From Leptogorgia sarmentosa (taxonomy: Eukaryota), in contig OZ210885.1 of assembly GCA_964658305.1 (NCBI GenBank), positions 2,666,001-2,730,000 of the forward strand: a stretch of 64,000 bases of DNA, given 5' to 3'. How positions within the stretch are numbered: position 1 is the stretch's first letter; each line of letters starts with the position of its first letter. Shown here piece by piece: positions 53,645 to 64,000 of this stretch. A model generated the notes under the pieces. The model was given only the letters and a program-made list of their open reading frames with translations. It made no database searches and was not told the DNA's origin. A program made the translations under genes and the position numbers.

Positions 53645-56600
53645 TCAACTTAAACGCAAACTAAAGCCACATGATTTGCAACAATTGTTCGCCATGTATT
53701 TTACGTATTTTTTCACACAATATCCAAGGTTTCTCCAATATTGGCAGTTCCGATAAGACTGCCTGTCTCCTCTACAAACTTCAGAAGCTGAAAAGAAGAC
53801 GATTATAGGACGCGTGAATCAACAATGCTAACGACTTTAAAGCGTTAATTTTGGAGGTGATTATTGGCGGGCTCTTCCAAAAGATATTCATAATAACAAA
53901 TGCCAGAAATGTAAGACGTGGTTTGAATAAATTAACTCTATAAGTCGATAATGATGCCGTGAAAGCTATTATTTTAATAACATGGCAGAGACATGGCAAA
54001 AGTTAATGTTTCTCGCCATTCATGGTCAATCTTAGGCTACGTTTACATTAACCGGTCAGCTATTATTCCGGATAAATATTATTTCTTCGCATGAATGCGT
54101 TATACAAATCTGCAAGAAATTCGTTCGCTTCCGCTTTCTGGTTACAAGAGTTACATGACCTTAATATTAGGGTTCATGATACGGAGCGTGACAAAAGGAT
54201 TATACATTATAGAAATGATAGATTACATGTGGTTACATGTGGTTGCATGTGGTTACATGTTACATGTGGTCACATGTGGTTACATGTGTTTACATGCGGA
54301 CAAGCTTTGGTCACAACGTCGGGCCTGAGGCAAATCCGCATAAAAAACGATTTCGCGTTTACGCAGTTTTTATCCGTCTACATTTTTAACTAGTACGCTT
54401 TCCCAGCAGCACGAATATTCCTTCGGATGCTATGTCAAAAATTCCTGCGGATAGCAATTTTTAGTCCATTCCTTCCTTCACCTCTTGAAAGTATTCTTAC
54501 CATTGCATGCACTCATGAACATTCATTATTTGTATAATAGCTACCACGCCACCATTTTTTGACTTGTACAGTTAGTTATTTAAAACCAAGTCTGACATTT
54601 CTGGTGATGACCTAGCAATGTAAAAGTTGTCTTACCCCCAGTGCTACATGTTCTGCAACAATTTTCCTTCAAGAATTTTGCATATCTATGTCCTTGCTGA
54701 CAATATCCACGTGCTTTCCAGGTTAGACAGTTGTCAGAAGACCTCTTGTCAGCTGTACAAACTTCAGTAACTGAAAAGAGAACGATTATTCCACTCGTCA
54801 GTCAACAAGGCTAGCAGCTTAGTTTCAACAATCTGACCATGCGTGATGTATCAACAGAAAAAGGGACAACATGGTATTCGGTTCGGGATTAACCCATCCT
54901 AGGGCCGGGGGCAACTATGGGACCATGATTCGGTGAATATGAAACATGCTCAAATCAAAATTAAAATCTTGTCCATTAGGACTAGATCATTAAAAATAAT
55001 GAACACAGTTGAACACTGGTAATGATATTTTGTGTTCAATACTAAGAAGGTTGAGGATTGATATGTTATCGTTTTCTACACACGTAGATAGTTCCTTAAT
55101 TGTTTAGGACGCTAGAAATTTTTAGTTTGCTTTGACTGGCGTGCATTTGTCGGCAGTGGCGTAGCCAGGTCGATAATTGGGGAGGGGGGGGGCACATATT
55201 CATATATTCATGTTCACATACTGTGAAAACAATCGATTTCGAAAGAAATTAATTGGGCAGAACATGAATATAGGAATATGTGTCCCCCCCCAATTATCGA
55301 GCTGGCTACGCCACTGTTTCTCGGGCCGGTAAGCAAGCTTTGAGCTGGGGCCGGGAAATGCCCCCATTGCCCTTTAGAAAATGCGGGACTGATGGTATTA
55401 TAGCCTCTTCCAAATATTCATAATAAGGCCACCTCTGAACATTTTTTTTTGTTAAAAAAAAAGGGTTTAAAAATTTTCATACCTCCAGTGCTACATGTTT
55501 TGCAACAATGTTTCAGCACGTATTTTGCATATCTATGTCCTTGCTGACAATATTCAAGGCGTTTCCAAGATTGGCAATTCCTTGCAGTCTGCAGGTCAGC
55601 TTTACAACCTTCAGAAATAAAGAGGACGATTATTCTGCGCGTGAATCAACAATGCTATAGAGATTTTAAGGCCTTTGCGCGTCGTAGTGATAACGAAAAA
55701 ATTACTGTAAATAAAAGAGAAATGGAGAGAATGAACTGAATTTTCACAACCATCACAAAACATGAGATCCACATGGTATTAGCTATTACAAGTTAGCAAT
55801 TAGAGTAGGGCCGACTCGTTTTGAGCACCTCCTTGTCATTATGCAAGAGATCTAAAGACGCAGGTATAGAAGATTATTGAAAATTTAGACTTTATGACTG
55901 CTTGTTCCTGAGCCAAGTTGCGAACGACACAACAACGCGCCGTGGGTGAGGGTACTAATTCCTCACGGCTATTTGTCCCCGGGCTAAGTAAAGCATAGGG
56001 CAGCGAAGTTCAATGTCATATCGCCACCAATTTGGGTTATTGATCAAAGTGTAAGGGAGGTCATCACTGATCTTAAAAATATGGCGGACTTTCAATATCA
56101 TGAAGAGCAAACACTGAAGGCTTTCGAAAACATGAAAACGACGACAATTAGAACTAACTGCTGCAAGAAAGTCACACTTCTGAGAAAATATAAATGTTAC
56201 GAAAACGCTGGAAAAATGGAAGAAACGACTATGGTTTGAAAGACAAGATACGTTCGACAATATAATTTTGGAAGTAAATTTTTGTTTTGCGTATTTGCTA
56301 TTTGTATGCATGAAAGGTCGTCGAAGCCGCATTATTTTAATGTATTCACGCTTTAATTCCACAGTAGCTATATAAGTTTATGTTTTAAATGCAAAATATT
56401 TACAGACTTTACCTTTCAGAGAATGCAATCGAAGATTGGCTAGAAATTGTTTCATTTCAAAACATGACTTAAATATTTCAAAGCGTTTTGTGCAAATAAT
56501 TGCAGTTTTTCGCACTGTGGCCATTTTCAAGTTCATAATAAATTAATTTTATTACACATAACAATAACGTACGGACATCAATGCTCCTCTAAATTAAAAG

Positions 56601-59600
56601 AAAAAGTCAATAAAACCATGATAAAAGCTGATAATTTGTCCGTTTTGAAAAAAATGTACAGGAATATGATTATATGAATTGCCGAATAATCGCGAATATA
56701 ATAAATTACACTATTAATATCATTGTAGTCAATTTCCTGGACGCTGATTGGCTAAAAAGCTTCAACAACTGTGCAAATTAAACATTAATTGCACAGGTAT
56801 GCACATTAAACTTAACTTAATTGCACGGTTTCGAGCCCGCGATACATTATAAAAACAAATAAATAAACGCTTATCAACGTTAAGCCAAACACGCGTGCAA
56901 TTTTTCATTAATACTTCTCGAACCGTGTAATTTCCTGTACATATATCAATTCTTTATGAGAAAGATCGTAGCTTGTTCTTTCGTACATGTCTATTTTCAG
57001 GTAAATTTTTAGGTAATTAATGCCGAAACATAAACATGATAATTAATTTAGCTAATGAGCTTAATATGAAAAAGAAAACAAGGACAAAATATTAACTGAG
57101 TGTGAACTGTGATATCTGTGCTGGAAATTGTTGACTGAGGTGTTTTATCGCGAAGTCTATGCGATAAAAATCGAAGCAATACATTCCCGTACAGACCGAG
57201 CAAACAGGTTAATGAAGGATTTATTATAATTATGGCTTTGTTCGATCGGAGTTTCTTTAATCGGCTTTGTATAGAAAGAACCAGAAACACTTTCACTGCT
57301 GAAACTTTAGACGAAAATACTGGCGGTTGCCTCTAATTGATCCATCTTTACATGCAGGATTCACTGTCTTCCTTTTTTTCGCTATTCCCCTCCAAACAAT
57401 CTATATAGAGATGCTTTGCGCTTCGCTAAACAACCCAGCCGGCCAGTCCCCGCCTCGACTGGGAATACCCTAATATACATCTTACAATAACTACCTTTGC
57501 CTCCCTTTGATCCGCAATACATTGTCTTCGCTTGTGCAACATCACCATCACTTAGTCCTTGCCTCTGTCCAATACTAGCACCATTTTTTGCAGTTATTGT
57601 ATTCCTTCCATTTCTTGAGAATGCCCTAGGACCATATTGCATTATACTCGCGTAATCATACCCATGCGATTTGTCGTCTGTTTGACCGGTAAGTTTGCGG
57701 AAATTATGTTCTCTCCCTGAAAGGTATATAAAATTTAACACATTCGTGGCAATGTTGATAACACTCGAAACACATCACAACAAAAAAACATTAAAAATAT
57801 TGCATTATCATTTATGAGCAAAAATAGTTTCTTAGAAATAATATGTTCGCATATGTTTAAACTATACTTTGGTTGCTGGGTGTTCGTTTACACCACATCA
57901 GTGTATTTTGAGTTGTTAAAAGTGTATATTAACAAGGTTATGTGTAATTTCACACTAAATGAGTGTTGACTTATTTTAGATCAATCAAGTGAAAAAACAT
58001 TTCGACTTAACAGCACATTGGTGTATTTTAACTTGTCGTTGGTGTAATTTTACACTATGCGAAGTGTAAACTTACACTCAAAAGAGTGTTCTACATTTTA
58101 CACTAATCAGGTGTGTATTTACAGTCTCACAGTGTACATATTTTATCTCGCATACACCCTTTGGTGTAAGTTTACACAAAAATGAGTGTCAGCAAGGTAT
58201 TCCCTTGCTTTACACTAAAGCAGTGTTACTTGTACACTGAGGTGGTGTCGAACTACACTGCAATAATGTAATATTACACTTGAACGGTGTAACCTTTCAA
58301 TTTACACCTAATCAGTGGATGTTTACACTTTTTTGGTGTTGCCACAACACTGCCAAATTTACAGTGTAGTTGTCTAAATTGTAAATGGTAGGTTACATAG
58401 TCTTTATGCAAAGTTGGACTTGGCATTATTGCCGTGTGGTAGAAGTTGTGAGAAGAAGCAGGTGCACGCCAAACGGGAAAATATCCGACTTTATGTAAAC
58501 ATTTGAGAATGTACTATACTCGGCGAAAATAGATGAAATTTTCTGAGAATTATCGCCGACACGTGATCTACAATCAATTTCGGGACACCACTTGTATTAG
58601 GACATCAGAGGACATGTGCATGTTAATATCATTTATAGACCCGGAGCGAGGGGGGTTCGGCGTAATATTTCCCGAAGTGATGATATTTTCCGAGGGGCTC
58701 TGCCCCAAAGAAAATATCATAACTGAGGGAAATATCGCTGAATCCCCCGAGCCGAGGGTCTATGAATGATATATTATACTGAACAAAACATTTTTGCTTC
58801 TTTGTTTTCAGGAATTCGATTTATTTCTTCCTCCTCTCCCGCCATTTTCCATAGATATGCTAAGCGCGTGTTGCCCACGCGTCACGCGTGAGCGTGGAAT
58901 ACTATAATATCCCACGCTGTATCTGCCGTGGGATATTATAGTATCCCACGCTGAATTGCAAAATCATGAATTTGCGTGAAATACCGTAAAAATCACACTA
59001 TCACGTGGTACAAATGCTGTTTTTTCATTGGACAATTTGAATTTGAGGTATAATATTTGAAAAAATAAAATTGTTTCGGCTACACTTAGGTGTATATTTC
59101 TTATATTTCATCGCACTGAGGTTGGTTTCACGTAGTTGTTATAGTGCCGCTGAATTCGCTAAGCTTTGTATAACAGAATGAAAGCACATAAGAGTATACT
59201 AAATGTTGTTACATAATATATAATAGTAGCTAAATTATAAAAACTTACCGCGTTGGATATTTTCCCAATGTATCGTTAGATATTCATCACGATCTGAGCG
59301 AGACTGTTCGTGCCAAAATCCCAAAGCATGGCCTAAAATACATTTTAAAGAAACAATTGAGGAAAAAGGACAGAAAGTTTGGGGAATTAATCACAGTTGC
59401 CTAACAGGTTAATAACTAAAATATATTTTAGCGCCACAAGACCGCAGGATAAGACTTAGCCGGGGAAGGTGAGCATCACCTTTGCTGTTGTTCAAATCCG
59501 CCACAGATAAAAATACCATTTCTTTTTTCACAGAAACATATAGAAGGTAGAAATGGAAAGAGGCTGCTAATCATGATCATGCGTTTTACTATATTCAGAA

Positions 59601-62600
59601 AATTTATCATATTCATCACTGATTTCCAGTAAACTGTGAGGATTGGTTGCAAAATATCGTAAAATGTGGAAACTACATAATATTATGCAGTCATGTAAGC
59701 CCAGGTTGCAAAATTCCAAATTAAACTATTTTTAAATTTTGGTTCCTTTTTCCAGGTGTGATAATGATATGATTGGTAATTAATACAATTCCTAATTCAA
59801 AAGTTTGTCTAACTGTGGAATGGTCCATTGATTTTATCGCAAATAAATGAACAACATTTTACGAACCGATTTCGTGAACAATAATTCCATGGTGCATACA
59901 TCCTCGTCCAAGGGAAATTTCTTGCCGACGTTTTTGGAAACCAACATATGACCAGCACCTGAATTAATATATAACAATCCTCGATTAGATCTTTGTTGTT
60001 CTTTATATGCTCGTTAAGATAATTAATATTGATATATGATAATTAATATTATTATTATAATTAATATATAATATATTTAATATTGATATGTGCTCTACGT
60101 ACGCTTGCCATGACTTAATAGTGGAACTCACCCGCTTCCGACAATAAAGTAGATATATCCTTGTCCGGAGCTGAGATGACTTCGCAATTGTACGAAACGT
60201 AAACACGGAACTTTATTCACCCACTCTTGTGTTGCGTTATAGATTAGTTGGCGATGTCTTGACGATGAAATAGCTGCATGGAAATATAAGTATAAAAATT
60301 AAAATTTAGAACGCAAAGTAGAAGTCAAAGTGACAACAAATCTACAGATCTTAAATCTTAATCGAATCCTTAGATCTCATTATAGACACAGTGCTCAATA
60401 CAAACAGTAGAGCAAATAAGAAGATTAGTGAAATATCTAAATGTAAGTTTGTTTTACTCTTATTCTTATGTATACTATTTGGATGGCATGCGCATGTTTC
60501 AGCGTTTACGCCTCATCAGTGCAGCTTTATACATGTGTAGATAGGTGACGACCCGATATATAGCCTGCTGACGCATACGTTAACGTTTGGGAGGTATCTG
60601 TCCAAGGTCATGAAAATCAAAGTATCTCCCTAGCCGGACCAATTAGCAAGGACGGTATAAATAACGCGTTTATTAATTGTTCCGCCTAATAAGACGAAAT
60701 TCCGGTGTTGCGAACTAGATTTGAGATTAGTTGTATTTGTTACTTCATTTCAAGTATGGTTATAGCCGAAACGACAATCCAAAATAGCTTTAATATCTAT
60801 GCTCTGACCCATGCGAAGGCTCTTATAGAAAAGTTGCGGTCGGGTTTGGGATCGCCAACAACAACATTTTTGCCAAACTGTTCCTTATATCCATTCTAAC
60901 TTGCTATCTTGAATATCTGTGATACAACTTAAATCACAATGCAGCGCGATCGGCTTTTTTACTGTGATGGACTTGACCCTGGCTGTGCAAATAAATTTTA
61001 TTCAAATTTAGAAGATGGCTTACATGACGAGATGTAATATCGTATTTCGTGTTTGCCATTCCTTTCTGGCCAAATATGGGCTTTGTTGTTTGAGGCTGCA
61101 CCACGTTTCCGATTTTCAATCATTTCTTTCATTGATTTTGTCTTGACGATGTCTCCCTCAAAATACTCTTCTTTATTTCCTGAAAAATGTTTGTTTTTAT
61201 TGTTGAGCGCTTGTCAACATGAGGACTCATACAAAGCCGGTTTTCCACTTGCGAATTTTGTTGCGCGTATTGGATTTTTTCGTGGTGAAATAGTTCGCGC
61301 GACTAGCTCTTTGTTTTCCACAGCTAAGTGCGGAAAATACAAAACAAAATGGCGGCATGGAACAGCAGGAGACTCTTCTTGCTCCGAAACAACTTGCTAA
61401 GATTGCTGCTGCTCAGCAAGAACAGACGTACAAAGTATAAGAAAAGATTTTGGATACGTCGAATATATCACTGAACAGCAATTTTGAAACTGATCTACTT
61501 AGTTCGCGACTTTTTTCACAGCGAAAAAGTGCGAACGAGTAGGAATCATTCGAACTCCTTTTTTCGCCGTAGCCAAAGGTTCGCGAGTTTATCGCGAAAT
61601 AATATTAATGAACACGATGCGTGTGAGCGAAAAAATTCGCTTTTCGCGAAAAAATTCACAAATGGAAAACCGGCTTAACAGTCGCCTGCATTTCAATATT
61701 TTGTGCGAAAAAAACCTGGTTTAGCCACAGCAACCCTAAGAGTTACGCACGTCAAGTAATTACATTATAATAGTGGAGGGGACTTATATATGGACTGTAT
61801 TTTGTGTTAGCCAGTTATTAGTGTCGCCTTAAAAGATGAATAGGATGAACGATCTTTTCGTGAGGCTATTACCTTAAAACATGGGAAAGATACGATTTAG
61901 AATGGTTTGTGCGTTTGTGAATGTGATACTTATACAAAGGCGGGCTGATATTTGGAACGTTGTGAGCGTAAGTAATATGGCTTATCTATGGGAGGGCTTA
62001 TATTCGGGGGCGGAGTATAGTCGGAGGTTCACGGTAGTGCTTTTCTTTCCTGTGCGAGATCGTGATTTTAATTTTGTTGGGATTTGCCGGCATTGAAAAA
62101 CAGAGTGGAAACACAGAACACGACTAGCACGACGTCCTCCTCTCTCCCCCTCATGGTCATCCTGCTCCACTGTCTTTGATTTCGACATATCATTCATAAC
62201 TACCTGATTTCTGCTCGGCCTTCTCGTTTATTGCCTGGATTTTGTCAAACGCTGAGTTGTCTTCTGAATTGTCGTCAAAATTTTCTATGGAAAAAATTAA
62301 CAATGAATTTTAGATGAAACCTAGTCCAACAATTTTGAAGATGCAATTTCATGAAATCGTACATCTTCCATCTTCTTATATAAAGAGTGAAACTATACGC
62401 CAATTACGAAAACAGTATATGTGTTTATACAAAACAGATTATTTCAAGATCATGATAAAATCGCTTTAATTCACTTACCATTTTCAAAATTTTCATAAAT
62501 TTCTGACTTGGGGAACCCTAAAATGGGGAAGATTACAAAATTATCGCGTCTTTCTGTCCTCAATATATTATATATATTTATAATGGATATAAATATATTC

Positions 62601-63783
62601 TTATAATAAGGTTTTGAAATGGGTAAATTTGGTTTTTAGAAAGTCACATTTTTCACAAACAATCGCAAAGCGCTGTCTCTATTTTATCTATATCATAATA
62701 ATTATGTTGTCAAGTTTCAATTCCTTATGCAATTTGATATGATCGCGCGAATTCCGAAATGCGAGTCATGAAAGCTTATATCAAGTATTGAATACGTCTC
62801 ACGTTTTAACCACGCAAAACCTCACGTCTTGAAAGGAATTAGTATTTGCGCTGTTCGCCTATTCCCTAGCAGTAAACCATTTTATACATGCATGCAAGAT
62901 CACGTATTAGGGACAGGTAAGATGCGTGTAACAAAAAGCTGAAAACAAATAAGAGTTGATCACCAAGCTACATAGGCGCAGATACATGTCACTTTGTGTA
63001 CCTATTTTTTGGTGTTATCACAACACTGCCAGATTTTCAGTATGCAGTTTCGAAACCGGAAAACAAAGCAATAAAAGCCAAAATGGCCGACGCAAACTGT
63101 TTAATCTAATATTATTTTAATCTAATAAATGTTGAATTATTAGAAATACATGCAGTTGTGTGTCGTATAATAAATTCCCTCGGGCTCGGAAAAATACTTA
63201 CGAAACTCGTAAAATACCAGGCCGTATTGCATTTCAAACCATTCAATAAGCTATATGTACATGTAAGTCGCATGCAATAAACTGCAAGATATAAATATTG
63301 GATCTGAGATCTCATGGCTCGTCTGCCCAAACAATTCCATAGATAAAAAATGCTCAGTTGGAATAGTCTGTAATGTGTGTGCACTACCTGTTAAGATAAA
63401 TTTTGGGAATATAGCCCTCAATTCATTCCATGTTAAAAATCTCGCGAAACCTAAACCGCTTTAAGACTTTTCATCCGTTTAAAAATTATGGAAAACTTTT
63501 GGGAAACCTATGATATTATATGAACCTACTAAAGACGGACGGCTTGTCGTTTAGACCGCTATACCCTATACCTGTCGAAGGGGCCCCAATATCAGTTGGC
63601 AAAATCGGCCCGACCGCAAATCACTGTTTGTAGCTAAACCTACGGCTTTCAGCAAGCTATAAAATTTTGCCAATTTCGAAAACTGCGCAAAATAATTTTC
63701 AAAAATTCTATCTTACCTTCACTGCCGGGCAAAAATCCAAGACAGAATAACAGAGGTAAGATTGTCAATGATGCAAACTTCAT
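53645..63783 (-). CDS. Astacin (M12A) zinc metalloprotease 2 with three ShKT-like domains (paralog of 27659-38318)
   Basis: Exons 63717-63783, 62204-62284, 61024-61179, 60132-60273, 59867-59958, 59249-59332, 57495-57716, 55483-55608, 54636-54770, 53645-53787. Same motifs ([32 protein letters not shown]), frame intact, same C-terminus [12 protein letters not shown]. Confidence 0.92.
55154..55316. mobile_element. hAT-like MITE
   Basis: TIR CAGTGGCGTAGCCAG / CTGGCTACGCCACTG with longer internal symmetry; 8-bp TSD TTTGTCGG / TTTCTCGG (7 of 8 match). Confidence 0.85.
58627..58771. repeat. Long imperfect hairpin in astacin 2 intron 6
   Basis: TATCATTTATAGACCC...GGGTCTATGAATGATA outer arms; TGATATTTTC / GAAAATATCA inner arms. 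Confidence 0.7.
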
Positions 63784-63930
63784 GACCACAGCGATCCTTC
63801 GTACTTCACTTCCAAAGCGATTTGAACTTTCCAGTCTTTCTTTGCCCGATTTTATATTCTCCCTTTCTTTATCTCTTTATCATTTTGTGAAAAACAGGAA
63901 CATTTTTTCCCTGCATGTTGTCCAGCAATT
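63784..63930 (-). promoter_or_regulatory. TATA promoter/5'UTR of astacin 2 (shared promoter family)
   Basis: TATAAAA starting at 63856, 73 nt upstream of ATG; CGAAGGATC; upstream TGCTGGACAACATGCAGGGAAAAA box. Confidence 0.7.
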
Positions 63931-64000
63931 TACATACCGGATCATCCGCCAAGCCATGTGAAAGGAACTTAATTGGGGGGTGGTCTCGCACGAGGCGCCA

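Larger units (their letters stand above)
51010..63930. repeat. Segmental duplication unit 2 (astacin 2 and flanks)
   Basis: Colinear with 25395-38465, offset about 25.5 kb. Confidence 0.9.

Overview
AT-rich, intron-containing animal genomic DNA, probably anthozoan/cnidarian (inferred from astacin-ShKT genes and MITE styles, not proven). Five spliced genes can be assembled by hand with GT-AG introns and consistent phases. Two are tandem animal heme peroxidases on the minus strand (A ~3707-8905, B 16397-22673). Two are astacin metalloproteases with three ShKT-like domains, also minus strand (27659-38318, 53645-63783), from a ~13 kb duplication. One is a plus-strand DUF4291-type gene (45809-49335). 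The ORF track misses the key structure. All four secreted enzymes, from two unrelated families, begin with a homologous TATA promoter, 5'UTR and signal-peptide exon. The two peroxidases splice from the same phase-1 donor into different C-terminal modules: a seven-repeat FG-GAP/VCBS-like beta-propeller (B) or an 8-Cys cationic mini-domain (A). A sampled astacin catalytic exon diverges much faster than a neighbouring intron. The rest is MITEs, long hairpins, tRNA-like SINE relics and shuffled duplicates of promoter-flanking DNA. All models are manual and have no transcript or database confirmation.
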